A stretch of DNA of 64,000 nt from Eledone cirrhosa (Eukaryota): NCBI GenBank assembly GCA_964016885.1, contig OZ024741.1, forward strand, positions 38,812,001 through 38,876,000. The letters are read 5' to 3'. A model generated the notes under the pieces. It made no database searches. It had not been told where the DNA came from and saw only the letters and a program-made list of their open reading frames with translations. Below are positions 28,216 through 42,320 of the stretch, one piece after another. The first letter of the stretch is position 1. Every line of letters starts with the position of its first letter. A program made the position numbers and the translations under genes.

Positions 28216-29199
28216 GATAGGACTGGGGTCCCTATCATTAAATCACCCAAGACACCTACAACGAGATATACCTTGGAGGAGGCCAGCTAAACCTGCATAG
28301 GTGTGAGCTGTAACAACAACAACAATTGATATGTTGAAACTAAATCAATTACATAGTCGAAGGGTCATTTGAATTACATCGAAAAATCGTACGATCAAGA
28401 TGAGATCATCGCAAGCTATTCCTATCGAGATGTAAAATGTGCAGGTTACTCATCTCATCAGAGCATTAACTCCAAATAAAGTGTGATACGAGGTGAATGT
28501 GACACAATAGTCGTCCTTGTACAGTAGAACTTCTCTAGTACTTGTGGTGCTGTATCGAGTAAACTTTATATGGTGGTTGGTGATATTTCTGAAAAATGAT
28601 AGGTTAGAGTGGACATTTTAGTCTTCCTCGAATAGGACAACGTCTTTAGTTATTATGGCCTCATAACATACCTAGTCAACACTGAAAGATATGCCCCAAA
28701 GTTTAAGATGGTAATATGGACGAAACATGAGAAGAAATCCTTCATCATCTGTAAACCGGAGATCATAGATGTTTCGACGCTTAATACAGGACATCAAAAG
28801 CGATCAGCGGCGCGACCAAGGCCTTTTATCGATCAAAACCAGAATGAAAAGAAAAAAAAAGAAAAAAAGGAAAGGTAGTGAGGAGAGAAGAAGAAAGAGA
28901 AAAAAACAGGTAAACAGACCGAATGGTGGGGGGCATAGGACAATGGAACATGCAAGTAAGTAACCGGGGATTTCGATCGTTTACGACACGTTTTACAACT
29001 GTCGTAAAACTCTTTTGGATTATCTCCCTTTCCCTTCTCCCTCTCACTTCCGGTTGCTCCGTCTCTCTCTCTCTCTCTCTCACTACCCTCACTTTGGTTG
29101 AGATCGCACGGTACTACCGCGATCCCTTTTATTGCACCACCAGACATATGTCTAATCGGTTCGTTATAACTTATTCTATACTATTTTTTCCTCGGTCTG

Positions 29200-29760
29200 G
29201 CTGTGCAAGTTGGGACATTGCGGGTTTGAGAGTAACTCTACAGCACGGAAGTACTGTCAGGTGTGTCTGACGAGGATGTATCCAAAGCCATGAAACCATT
29301 CTTCACGCTCTCTAACAATATCCGTGTATTGCTGATTTATGGAGTTTTGCCGAACAACTTTAGTCACATGCTGGATGGATATGGTTATCGGCCGACTCCA
29401 TCGTGAATATCATCTCACCTCCTTCATCTGAACGGCAAGCGCAGACTATTTTTTTTACTTGCTAAAACGAAAGAGAATGTTGGATGAATGATACTGAAAA
29501 GACTGAGGACAGACATATACTTCTTCGGCACACATGCAGGATGGTGATGTTGAAGAAGGACGTCCTACGCCTCTTCAAGTACATTAATTTAATTGTGGAT
29601 TACTGAAGCGAGAATGGCTTGTCTGAATGGGATTACTCAAAGTATGCGCCTGTCGACCGGAAGAAATAGTGGAAGAAGGGGTATTTGCCTATGATGCCCT
29701 TGCTGATTGGAGTGATCCCGGATCTGAGTGATTCCTCAATTAAACTAGGGCGGAGCTCCC
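29200..29760 (+). mobile_element. Old, degraded Tx1 ORF2 3' fragment
   Basis: LQHGSTVRCV*RGCIQSHETILHAL*QYPCIADLWSFAEQ aligns to the CxxC..ETxxH..C finger of the 30209 ORF. Confidence 0.7.
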
Positions 29761-30015
29761 TCTTGTTGGAGATTTCTTGTCTTATAATTCTGTCGTTATT
29801 TTTTATTTCGTTTGTAAATACCCACTCTCTCTGTTCATTTGTAATGTGTTTTGTGTTTCGGCCTCAGCGGATCATAAAGAAATTATTTGGCGGTAGATTG
29901 CATCTCATCATTACGGGGCCTATCAAATAAAGTACCAGTAACCTACTGGTTCGATTCCCACTCACTAAAAATTGTTGGTGTTGTGCCGAAATCAGAAATC
30001 AGAAGCCATTATTAT

Positions 30016-30198
30016 TTGGCAGTATTGGTAGAGGGTCGGACGCCATGCTTTGATGTATAGAGTTACGGTCCGTGCCATTCTGAGTTCAAATCCCGCCGAG
30101 GTTAACTTTGTTTTTCATCCTTACGAGGTCGATAAAATAAAGTACCAGTAATGCACTGGGAAATTGCTGGCCTTGTGCCAAAAGTAGAAACAATTATT
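30016..30198 (+). mobile_element. Major SINE copy
   Basis: A/B boxes, body and (ATT)n tail. Confidence 0.85.
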
Positions 30199-30217
30199 AT
30201 TATTAGCGGTGGATTGG

Positions 30218-31701
30218 AGAGGCAAGTCCATGCCGTCCAACAGCGTCGTTAGGCGCTGGACGGACGGACCGGTAAAGTTGCTCTGGGTTTGGTTCGGGCC
30301 AGACCTCCAGATGGATAAGAATTGGGACGAGGTGACGGGCAGGGTATTCAGTCTCACCCAGAAATGGGCTGCGAGAAAGCTATCACTAAAAGGTCGGGCG
30401 GAGATGGCGAACGCGTACATCGCGATCGTCATCTACTACCGTCTGACCATCGTCTTATTTCCCCGTTCGCGCCTCGCCATCTTGGAGCGGCTCCTCTTCA
30501 AATTCTTGGGGATGGGTCAGGTTCCGCTGGTGAGGCGGTCCATTTGCTGCCAGCACCCTCTACGCGGAGGACTGGGAATGCCGTGGCTAATGATGCGCAG
30601 ACACGCGCTGAGGCTGCGGCATCTCCAGGTATTCTGCCTAAACGGTGAACAGGTGTGGTCGCCGTTTGTCAGACGGGCATTTCCGCAGCTCGTTTCTTTG
30701 ACTGAGCTGCAGTCCTGGGTCAAGAAGAGACCGAGACTGGGTGACTGGCATCTGGAATGTTGCCAGGCAATCACTGCCCTCTACCAGGCGGGCAATGCGG
30801 TCAGTGGAACTTCCACTCTCGAGTTCTATAGAGGATTAGTGGTGGGCAAGTGCGACGACACACTCGGAGAGGCTCTGCGAGTCGACGAATTCGAACTAAC
30901 CAGTCTGTTCCGGAGGAATTTCGAGCCAGGGACGATGGATAATTTCCAAAAATCCCTCGCTTGGCAGTGCTATCGGGGGGCACTGCCGGTTCGAGATAAA
31001 CTCTACAGGCACGGAAGTGCTGTCAGACGGACCTGCCCGAGATGCGCGCAGAGCGACGAAACCGTTCTGCACGCACTCGCCCAGTGTCCGTGCATTACTG
31101 ACTTGTGGAGTTATGTCGAACAGATGTTGTTGCGTGTAGAACGGATCCGGCTATTGGCCGAGTCCATTATGAAGATCGACCCGCCGCCTTCTTTTGGCCA
31201 GGAAGGGCAGGCACATTTTCTCTGTCTGGTGGCAGTAGCGAAAGAGGTTGTATGGTGGACCAGGTTGAAAGGACTGAAGACAGACACTTTTCTCTTCGGC
31301 CAATCCCTCATCAACTTTTTCAAGTTTCACTTCGAAAGGAAGGTGAGGGTGGAGAGAGAAGTGCTGCCCCCCAGTACATTTGCTGAAAGGTGGGTGAATG
31401 TGGCGAGAATGGCCCGTGTGAGTGGGCCTACTCTGGTCATGCGGCTGTAGGTGGGTAAATTTGAGGAGGAGAGGGGTGCCCTGCCAGGGTGCCCTCGAAG
31501 CGCCGGGTCGTTCAGGATTGGTGGGGTACCTGAGCGAACCCTGGGTGGTCATCCCCCTGTTGGGGAATTTTTCTTGTATTTTTCTTGTTAGTTTGTTATT
31601 GCTATTCATATTGTTTACTCGATTTTTCTGTACAACCCCCACTGTCCCAGTCTTTTGTATTGTCCCCTATATGTCGGCCCTTGTGGCCAATAAATGAAAT
31701 C
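30218..31701 (+). mobile_element. 5'-truncated Tx1 LINE with a 19-bp target-site duplication
   Basis: Open ORF2 C-terminus (to 31450) with CPRC..ETVLH..C finger; AATAAA end; TSD ATTATTAGCGGTGGATTGG at 30199-30217 and 31702-31720. Confidence 0.9.
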
Positions 31702-31705
31702 ATTA

Positions 31706-31970
31706 TTAGCGGTGGATTGGCAGTATCAGTGGAGGGTCGGACGCCATGCTTGACGCAAAGAGTTACGTCCCTTTACGATCTGAGTTCAAATCCCGCCGAG
31801 GTTAACTTTGCCTTTCATCCTTACGGGGTCGATAAAATGAAGTACCAGTAATGTACTGTTAATTGCTGGCATTGTGCCAAAAGTAGAAACAATTATTAGC
31901 GATGGATTGGCAGTATCGGTAGAGAGTCGGACACCATGATTTCCAGCATAGTTACGTCCCTTTACGGTCT
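31706..31970 (+). mobile_element. Major SINE copy plus a partial copy
   Basis: A/B boxes and body. Confidence 0.85.
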
Positions 31971-32028
31971 GGTAGTAGTAGCAGCCTAAGTAGTAGTAGT
32001 AGTAGTAGTAGTAGTAGCAGCAGCAATC

Positions 32029-32068
<40 letters not shown>

Positions 32069-32191
32069 CAGCAGCAGCAGCAGTAGTAGCAGTAGCAGTA
32101 GTAGTAGTAGTAAAAGTAGTAGTAGCCGAAGTAGTAGTAGCAGCAGCAGCAGTAATAGCAGTAGCAATAGTAGTAGTAGTAGTAGTAGTAA

Positions 32192-32224
<33 letters not shown>

Positions 32225-32426
32225 CAGTAGCAGTAGTAGTAGTAGTAGGAGCAGCAGTAGTAGCAGTAGTAGTAGTAGTAACAGCAGCAGCAGCAGTAGT
32301 AGTAGTAGCAGTAGCAGTAGTAGTAGTAGTAGGAGCAGCAGAAGTAGCAGCCTAAGTAGTAGTAGTAGTAGTATTAGTAGTAGTAGCAGCAGCAGCAGTA
32401 GTAGTAGCAGTAGTAGTAGTAGCAGT
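31971..32426. repeat. (AGT/AGC)n microsatellite
   Basis: Direct reading. Confidence 0.95.
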
Positions 32427-32584
32427 AAGGCAGATTGTGACACATTAACACCATCTATCCAAATCTAAGTCCGATTCTTTCTATTACTCCAGCCCTAAAG
32501 TAACTCACATCAGAGACTGGGAGAGAAAGTAGGGAAAAGAACAAAGAGAAAAGGATAAGATATATTGAATTATAATTATAAGAT

Positions 32585-32818
32585 CTGTTTCTACTGTTAG
32601 CACAAGGCCAGCACATACTAGTGTATTACTGGTATTTTATTTTATCGACCCTGTAAGGATGAAAGGCAAAGTTAACCTTGGCGGGATTTGAACTCTGACC
32701 ATAAAGGGCCGTAACTTTTTGCTGCAAAGCATGGTGTCCGACCCTCTACCGATACTGCCAATCCACCGCCCTAACATGGCGTTCGACCCTCTACCGATAC
32801 TGCCAATCCACCGCCCTA
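32585..32818 (-). mobile_element. Major SINE copy with duplicated head
   Basis: CGACCCTCTACCGATACTGCCAATCCACCGCCCTAA occurs twice in tandem. Confidence 0.85.
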
Positions 32819-33013
32819 ATTATAAGATCGTATGAGACGTTGCAAGTGAGAGACGTCAACAAACCGGCAGAACTAATCAAACAAAAAGAATGAACTAGCT
32901 GAATAATTGATTTAATATAAGCTATTGAACTTAACTTCTATTATGAATCGAACATTTAGCATCTGTATGTGTACAACAAGCAACTAAGTGCAATTCTGTA
33001 TGTAAGGGGAAAA

Positions 33014-33072
<59 letters not shown>

Positions 33073-34247
33073 GCAGAGACAAACATACATATGAATTGTT
33101 TATGTTAAACATACAAACCAGTCATGTTTTGTCTGTTGATCACCTTCTTAAAGAAGATAACATTAATTCTCTTTTGTAATTTTGTCGAAGTGTAAGAAGT
33201 GTTTTGTTTATTCCTGTTTTCATTGTTCTGTCAAGGTTGAATCACTATCAGGACATAGAAAGTTCTGATATTGGAGGCAGATCCGGGAAGGGTTTTCATT
33301 TATAAAACAAAGCAAAGCAAAACGAAGCAAAGAATAACAGTATTAGTTGATTCAGTTACACTCTGTCCACTCCATGACACCAATATTTCCAAATAAAAGC
33401 AAGCGACGATACAGCTTTTAGCTATTTAGTTATTTTTCCTGTTTTGTTAGGGCTGACTATGTGACTCCACCTAGAAAGTTCCTCACCTGTAGACAGGCCT
33501 GGTAGATTTTTTTAACAGAAAGCCAGCGTGGTTCATAAAATAAGACTGTCCCCTCTTCATGAAACCAAAGTTTCCACAGGAAAGGCAAGAGGCGATATAC
33601 TCTTTTTAACTCTTTTGTCACAGAAAGAAGGGTGGTAACCATAACTTTTCTATCCAAAATCTCCGATATGAGACAGGTGGCAGAGTGTAAGGAAGGTATC
33701 CTCAAACCAGGGACCTGGTCCGAATGCTTGCCACAGAATAAACTCTGTTAAATTCACTCAAGGAAACGGGTGGCAGTATTAAAAGCGTATGTGGGGATTG
33801 ATTGGGGATTTATTAAGTCTACCACCCAAGTAAGCCACAGCGCAATTTGAAATCAGAACGCAAAGGGGTTGAAACAAATAGCATAAGGTATATTATCTAA
33901 CAAGCTAACATTCCGTCAATCTACCCCTCACATTTATTTTATTGACCTCGAATGTATGACAGACAAATTTATCTACAACAGGATTTGAACTTTAGTGTCG
34001 TGGGAGTAAATGTATATATGTATGTATGGACTGGTAACGCTTGTTGGCGTCGTCGGGGTGTATTCGTGACATACGGCATGTCTTGGACACGTTAACATTG
34101 GCGGAGTCTATCCCTTCTCCAGGTTGGAACTAATGCCGTTTTCCTCCAGAAAAAGAGTGAGACACGGTGTAAGTATGTGTGTGTGTGAGAGAGAGAGATA
34201 GAGAGAGATACAGAGCGGAGTGAGAAAGAGGGAGAGGGAGTGGGAGA

Positions 34248-34319
<72 letters not shown>

Positions 34320-34526
34320 GAGAGATGGGAAAGTAAGAAAGAGATATAGGGAAAATTTACCCCAGTACTGGGCAGCTACGTTTTCTATCGACCTCGAAGA
34401 TGTGAAAGGCAAAATTTACCTCGTCAGGATTTGAACCCAGGGAGTGCAAAAAGCCGAAATAAATAACACAAATCAATCTATCGGACGTCAGTCGTGCAGT
34501 TGGAATATAACATAGCATAAACAACA

Positions 34527-34708
34527 ATAATTGTTTCTACTTTTGGCACAAGGCTAGCAGTTATTCCAGTGTATTACTGGTACTTTATTTTATCGACCCC
34601 GTAAGGATGAAAGGCAAAGTTAACCTCGGCGGGATTTAAACTCAGACCATAAAGGGTGATAACTCTATGCTGCAAAGCATGGTGTCCGACCCTCTACCAT
34701 TACTGCCA
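34527..34708 (-). mobile_element. Major SINE copy
   Basis: Homology to the other copies. Confidence 0.85.
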
Positions 34709-34889
34709 AAATAAACAATAATAAAAAAAAATAAACAGAAAGAAAGAAACAACTAACAAGGAGTATACAGCTCAGAATATCCGGCTAAGTCTACCTAGGA
34801 GTATATATTCTATAGTCATCTAGTCTGATTGTCTTCTACTGTCCAATTGTAGTATAGTTTGGATCTATGTCCTACAGAAGATCTTGTAA

Positions 34890-34962
34890 AGTTGATGCTG
34901 TTGCTGTTATTGTTGTTGCTGTTGTTGAAGATGATGACGACGACGACGACGACGACGACGAC

Positions 34963-34996
<34 letters not shown>

Positions 34997-35640
34997 GTAA
35001 TGGTGATGATGATGATGATGGTAATGGTGATGATGAGGCGTGTGGTGGTGACTGTGGCGGTAATTGTGGTGGTGGTAATAGTGTTGTGACGAACATGATA
35101 GTAATGTTGATAATGTTGACAATGGTAGGAGAGATGGAGATAATGGTAATGATGATGATGATGATGATGATGATGATGGTGGTGGCTTTTGGGGGTGATG
35201 GTGATGATGATGATAAGATTGATGATGATGATGATGATGATGATGGTGATGATGAGGATGATGGTTTTGGGGGTGATGATGATGATGGTGATGATGATGA
35301 TAAGATTGATGATGATGATGATGATGATGATGATGTTGAGGATGATGATGGTGGTTTTGGAGGTGATGATGATGATGGTGATGATGATGATGATGGTTTT
35401 GGTTCCTGTGGTTCCTGTGGAGATAATGTTGATCATCGCTATGATAGTGTTGTTGGTGATGGTTGCGGTGCTGCTGCTGCTGCTGATGATGATGACAATT
35501 ATAGTGGTGGTGGGTGTGCTGCTGGTGGTGGTGGTGGTGGTGGCAATGGTGGGGATAATCCTAATCATATTGCTGATGGTGGCGATGGTGGAGGTGGTCG
35601 CTGTGGTGATGATGATGATCAACATTATTACGATGATGTC
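34890..35640. repeat. (GAT/GGT)n low-complexity array
   Basis: Direct reading. Confidence 0.9.
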
Positions 35641-35699
35641 ATAAAACTATGTGTATATGTAGGTATATATTGCGAGTATATTTATGACTGTGCCCCCTG

Positions 35700-35749
35700 A
35701 GTGAGAGTGTGTGTGTGTGTGTGTATGTGTGTGTGTGTGCGTATGTGTG

Positions 35750-35788
<39 letters not shown>

Positions 35789-36490
35789 ATATGTGTGTGT
35801 GTGTGTGTGTGTGTGCTCGTGTGTATGTACGTATATGCGCGTGAATATGTGTGCGTGTGTATATCTATGTGCATGAGTATTTGTTTGTACGTATTTGTAT
35901 AGATATGCGTGAGCGGGTGTGTCTGTCTATTTATCAACATGTGTGCGTGTATACAAGTGTGTGTATGTGTATGTGTATAGATGTATGAGAGCGTGTGTGT
36001 CTATATATATCAACATGTGTGCGTGTATACAAGTGTGCGTGAGTATGTGTATGTGTATAGATGTATGAGAGTGTGTGTGTCTATACAAGTGTGTGTGAGT
36101 ATGTGTATGTGTATAGATGTATGAGAGCGTGTGTCTATATATCAACATGTGTGCGTGTATACAAGTGTGCGTGTATACAAGTGTGCGTGAGTATGTGTAT
36201 GTGTATAGATGTATGAGAGTGTGTGTGTCTATACAAGTGTATGTGAGTATGTGTATGTGTATAGATGTATGAGTGTGTGTGTGTGTCTAACTATATATCA
36301 ACATGTGTGCGTGTATACAAGTATGCGTGAGTATGTGTATGTGTATAGATGTATGAGTGTGTGTGTGTGTCTATCTATATATCAACATGTGTGCGTGTAA
36401 ACAAGTGTGTGTGAGTATGTATATGTGTATGAGAATGTATTTGTAAGTATACGAGTATTATGTGCATGTGTATAGAATGAGCGCGTGTGT
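35700..36490. repeat. (TG)n-derived minisatellite with ~40/76-bp units
   Basis: TATCAACATGTGTGCGTGTATACAAG and GAGTATGTGTATGTGTATAGATGTATGAG recur. Confidence 0.85.
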
Positions 36491-36818
36491 ATATATAAAT
36501 CAATATTGTTCTTTAAACTCTCTTAAATCTATTACTTTGTGAATCCCGTTCATTGACATGTATATATTAACCGATTTAATGGACTTAGTTAAGTGGTGGG
36601 AGTGTTGTTTTTATTATTGTTGTCCTCTCTATATATTCTCAGTTGATACCCAAGGTCAAAATTGACAACCATCCTTCTCAAATACCAGTCAAACGTGGCA
36701 TTCGTAGTTATCACGTAGTTAGAAAATACTCTTTACAGCGATGTGGTTCACTACGTTGTTGGTGGGATTTACCAGTAGGAAATTGCATGGAAGCCCGTCA
36801 TATATATATTTATGTAAA

Positions 36819-36960
<142 letters not shown>

Positions 36961-38545
36961 AGCAAGCTGTATGGTATGTCGTATGTGAATCGCGATGATC
37001 ACGTCTGACCTACCAAATATGTGACGGTAGCTAGTTAAGCTCTATGCGTGTAAGCAGAGCAGAAATATTAGTGAAAAAGAACAAAGGAACTATTATGACA
37101 TTATAACAAGTTTATTGCCGACATCCGTTTCGTCCGACCATATGGTGGGACTTTTCAAGGCATATAACATGTGATTGTAAGATGATTATTTACATCAACG
37201 TATCACTCAAGACTAGCAGTTTGAAATTGTGGTATACATCAGCAGCTCCGCTTGTATAGTTGGAGTCTATATTCTAAGGGGGCTCTTTTATATTAGTTGT
37301 CGGGGTCAGGGATTGAAGGTTAAAAATTAGATAATATATAATTTACGCATTAAAAGTAAAGATTAAATTAGAAGACTTGGGATCCCGTAGAAGCACCTTA
37401 AAAAATCCCCCAATAAGTGCATAAAGCTTACAGGCTCCAATAAACCTAATAAACTAGGAGAAATTAAGAGGCTAATTAAATAAAATAAAAAAATAGAAAA
37501 ATAAAAATATAGAGTTTCCCTAAAAATATAAAGTTTGCTAAGAAATTCCTTCGATAGAAAAAAATTTTTCTCGAAATAAAAAAAATTTCTTCCCCGAGAT
37601 CACGTTAACAAATTTCAGAAAACTTACGAGATTTTGATATTCCCTACTAAGTTGAAAGAAACTAATCAATTAAAGGTTAATTCAAAGAGCCTTCAATAAA
37701 TCTCTCAGAAAAGGCCCCTTTAATATTTTTAATAGGAGCTTCCTCCGAGAGACCCTTCGAAGAATTAAAATTTTAGAGAGCCTTTAACGAATTGAGGAAA
37801 ATTATAAATTAAAAGTTAAAAATTACGGTATTTGGGATATCCGAGGAATTTTCAAAGGGCTGCTTCAACAGATACAACTTAGGCATAATAGATACAATAA
37901 TTTAAGTAATTTAAGTAATTTAATTAGGGAGCAATTCAAAGAGTTTATCAAGTTGGGCAGGATTAAAGAAAGTGGTAAATAAGAAAATACATAAGCAAAA
38001 TGACAATAATTATAAAATGTATTTTTAAGAAGGTATAAGGTAGCTTCAGTAATCTAATAATGTACTACCAAAAAATTAAGGATTAACAAAGACATAATAA
38101 TATATTCCTGCCTAATTAACAAGTAATCAATACACTATTAACAGTCAGGCAAAATTTGCTCAGGGATATCCCGCGCTCGGATACTTTACACACATACAGC
38201 AACACATAGGATTAACACAGACTTAATGTTATATTCCTGCCTAATTAACAAACAATCAATTAACAATTGATGGTCAAGAAAATGTACTCAGGGATATCCC
38301 GCGCACGGATATTTACATACATACAGCAGGATGAACAGTACTGGTGACCTTGTGGGTGCGATATCCATTATGCGTATGTAGTCATCTGCATAGCTCCAGG
38401 CACAGTTGGTCTTGTTTAAAAGTTCATAGTCCACGAATCAACTGTGATTCACTATCAGCTGTGTGGACTCTCTGGGAAATGTACCTGTGGATCAACTAGC
38501 TAGTGGTTATATATATAAATGAAGTATTTCCGTAGAGCTTATAAC
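36961..38545 (-). mobile_element. Non-coding ~1.6-kb insertion in (TA)n with an HHR near its 3' end (probable PLE 3' region)
   Basis: (TA)n on both flanks, HHR at 37116-37162, internal ~125-bp duplication (38080-38201 / 38209-38328). Confidence 0.55.
37116..37162 (-). ncRNA. Hammerhead ribozyme, U3-A8 core variant
   Basis: UGCC-UUGAAAA-GUCC(CACCAUAUGGUC)GGAC-GAAA-CGGAUG-UC-GGCA. Confidence 0.7.
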
Positions 38546-39224
38546 TATATATATATATATATATGTATATATATAACCTCTGGAGCCACTTTTTTCACAT
38601 AAAACAGGAAGAATTTCCAAAACTAATCAGATTAGAGCAAACATCACAGGCGCTCTATCTCAAAATTATTTTTGAAAAAAATTAGAAATGCGCGACCGGT
38701 AAAAACTTAAAACTAAAACTGAATACTAACCAATACTTATTACTAATTTTTACTTATTCCTAATTAAACTATTTTTCACTGGGAACAATTTGTCAGCATT
38801 TTCTTTTACCAATATATATATATATATATATAAACATGAGAAGAATTAATACTGTGTGGTTGCACATGGGTTACATATGATAAAAATAGTCCTTCATCAG
38901 TGATTTTCCAACCTTCATTGGTATTTCATCGCTTTAAAAATCATATACCTCCAGTTGGTGCGAGCAATAGCTAAATAAAGCTATTGGGACAAGTAAATCG
39001 CGTAAAGCGAGCGAGACAGGTAAACAAACATAGAAGGATAGCAACGCAAAGATATGAAAAAACAAGACAGCAGACCTTTCTTGCTCACAAGAGGTGTGAG
39101 CAAGAAAGGACCCCACCTCAGGCCAAACAGGAGGAAGTGAGAAGGTGAGAAGCAGAGAGTGAGTGAGTGGAAGTGCGAGGAAGAGGCCAGTCGAGAGAAA
39201 GTGATATATATATATATATTATAT

Positions 39225-39379
39225 TCATTAAAATAACACATTAAAGTTTAAGCAAAGAATCGCTGCTTTCACCCTTAACGGGATCTTCTGAAACATTTGC
39301 TCTACGGTTCTTATATATTTGATATATATTTATCCTTATCGAACCCTCCTTGGATTTTAGTCTTCAAATGTATTATTAT

Positions 39380-39382
<3 letters not shown>
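39225..39382. mobile_element. Short inverted-plus-direct pLTR fragment of the 46.5-48.7 kb PLE family (HHR at 39245-39294, minus)
   Basis: 39241-39294 equals the reverse complement of 47695-47748; 39295-39380 matches ~47767-47852. Confidence 0.8.
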
Positions 39383-39459
<77 letters not shown>

Positions 39460-39505
39460 ATATATTTAATATTTATGTATATATGTATATATGTATATAT
39501 TTATG

Positions 39506-39545
<40 letters not shown>

Positions 39546-39547
<2 letters not shown>

Positions 39548-39737
39548 GGAACCAGTAAGACCCCGACAGCTGAGCTCAAGCCGTTTCGACGGCTAATTCT
39601 GGACCAGAATTAGCCGTCGAAACGGCTTGAGCTCAGCTGTCGGGGTCTTACTGGTTCCTATTACCCACTCTACTACCTCAAGTATTGAGTACTTTGGTGC
39701 GTTATGGTCCACCTGGTTCCTTACCACATTTCCTTCG

Positions 39738-39740
<3 letters not shown>
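39546..39740 (+). mobile_element. Fold-back element: perfect 57-bp arms (39546-39660) plus tail, in (TA)n
   Basis: Centre at 39603; relatives at 44780-44995 and 48941-49133. Confidence 0.8.
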
Positions 39741-39803
<63 letters not shown>

Positions 39804-39820
39804 CAAGGAATCAGTGATGC

Positions 39821-40004
39821 ATTAAAACAATTTATTAACTTATTACATATGTTTATCCGACGATCAGCTCAAGGCAGGGTCTATTATAGATCGAACCTGA
39901 CTCTGCATTCGATCTATAATAGATCCTAGCTTGAGGTGTTCGTCGGAGAAACATATGTAATATGTTAATAAATTGTGTTTTAATGCATCACTGATTCCTC
40001 GTTA
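39821..40004. repeat. Imperfect fold-back in (TA)n containing an HHR 3' half
   Basis: GGAATCAGTGATGCATTAAAAC...GTTTTAATGCATCACTGATTCC; GAAA-CATATG-TA. Confidence 0.7.
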
Positions 40005-40085
40005 TCTATAAATATATACTCTGCTCTGCGTGAACATCGAGTACTCATACGGCATACCACCTACAGACGCATTTATTGCAACCTT

Positions 40086-40217
<132 letters not shown>

Positions 40218-40449
40218 TATATATGTATGAAATATATATGTGCGTATATAAGTGGGTCTGTGTATGTGTTTTAGTTTATCTTACAAGAATAAAGAGGAAT
40301 GCTTCAAATAAAAGCAAAATATCAGAGAATATGAGGGGCGGTGGAGCTGGGTGGGATGTGCTTCACCCCACATAATCCTATTTTTCTCCCCAAACTACCA
40401 AAACACACATCTATTTGTATATGTGCTACACTTTATGTACATGTTATGA

Positions 40450-41420
40450 AGAGACAGATTGGAGAGATAGATATATATATAGAGAGAGAGGGGGAGAGTT
40501 TGGTGGTAATTGCTATAGAGAGGAAGATTGGGAGAGTGTGTTCTATATCAGATATATAGAGGGGGAGAGATTGGTGCTAATTGATATGTAGTGGGAGATT
40601 GGGAGAGAGTTCCGTCTAGTAGATACAGAGAGGGGGAGAGTTGGTGATAATTTATATAGATGGGGGATTTGGGAGAGAGTATTGTTTGGTTGATCAAGAG
40701 AGGAGGAGAGTTTGGTTGTGATGGATAGAGAGTGAGGGAATGAGAGAGTGTTGTATGGTAGATATAGAGAGGGGGATAGTTTGGTGGCAATTGATATAGT
40801 GAGGGGGGTTGGGAGAGTGTGTTGTATATTAGATATGAGAGGGGAGAGATTGATGCTAATTGATATAGAGAGAGGAGGAATGGAAGAAATTACCGTAAAG
40901 TAGAGATATAGAAAGGGATTGGAAGAGAGTTCCGTGGAGTAGATATAGAGAAGGGGAGAGTTTGGTGTTACTTGATATAGAGAGGATGATTGGAAGAGAG
41001 TTCCGTATAGTAGATATAAAGAGAGGGAGAGTTTGGTGTTAATTGATATAGAAAGGGGGATGTGGAGAGTATGTTGTATGTTTGATGTAGAGAGGGAGGG
41101 GGTTGGTCGTAATGAATAGAGTGAGAAGATTGATAGAGATAGGTATTGATAGATATAGAACAGGGAAACATTTGGTAGTGATGGATAGAGAGATTGGTGT
41201 TTATTGATATAGAGAGGGGGTTTGGAGGAGAGTTCCGCGTATGAGATATAGAGAGGGCGAGTGTTTAGTGTTAATTGATATAGAGGGGGGATTGGGAGAG
41301 ATAAGTGTAGATATTTATAGAGAGTGAGAGAGTGTATTAATCTTAGATATAGAGAGTGGGATAAGGGAGGCGGTGTCATGGTAGATATAGAGAGGGGTAG
41401 AGTTTGGTTTTAGTAGATAC
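40450..41420. repeat. Purine-rich diverged ~40-bp minisatellite
   Basis: GATATAGAGAGGGGG..TTGG..AGAG recurs; explains ORF 40543-41379. Confidence 0.85.
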
Positions 41421-42261
41421 AAAGAAGGGGATTAGGGTTAGATCCCAAATAATAGGAGGGGTGGCAAGAATGGGGAGGGGGGCTGGGAATCAGGAATTGT
41501 ACAGTGTACGTTCGTAAATATGGGATTTCTTGTAATGTTACTCTTTTGTCCTATATAATGTAAAATAAAATCATTGTTAGATTCTCCAGCTGCTGTATCA
41601 ATATGAATCACTTACAATAATATTTCGCCGGAGATAGATTAGCAAGATTTAATAAGCGGAGGGAGGGTTGACTGGAGTGGAGACGATTATTCAAGATCTG
41701 AGAGTATGAGAGTACGTGAATTATTAACAGACGTAAGAATGAAACTCGATGCTGAAGTAGTGTTTAAATATTCTTTTATTATGGCTAAGCCTTATTACTC
41801 TGGAGATTCACATGCGTACTCACTAAACAAGACTGGTGGTCCTATGAGTGTGCATGTGAAACATTAGAGTATTAAAGCTCACCAATAGCCATAATAAATG
41901 AATGGATATATATATCAAGTATGTTTTGAAACAGTGAGCAGGTTTGAAATTAGAATATAGAATAACTTTCACCATATTTTTGACTAAAGGAATTTTAGCC
42001 TGATAATGGGGTTTAGAACCCTCAGATAAATGGAAAAAGATGAGTATTGACGTACATGTACGTCAAAAATACGGTGAAAGCTATTCTATTTTCATATATA
42101 TATATATATATAAATAACCAAAGATTAATATGGTTCGTTTATTATTCAACGAATACAATTTTACAATAGATTAGAAGCACTCAACAAAAGATTCTCCTGG
42201 AGTATTTAGTATTATTCAAAGTATTAATAAATGAAAAATATTCTCATAATCAAAATATATA

Positions 42262-42320
42262 TTTTATTCTACATATTTCAAAGGTACAATGGTGCTTAAG
42301 TACGTTTTCATCAGATACGA
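42262..42320 (-). ncRNA. Hammerhead-like motif, homologue of 405-451
   Basis: UAU-CUGAUGA-AAACGUAC..GUACCUUU-GAAA-UAUG-UA. Confidence 0.55.

Noticed and set aside
29262-29310. CTGACGA...GAAA as a hammerhead
   Set aside because: Lies in decayed Tx1 coding sequence, and stems II and III do not close properly.
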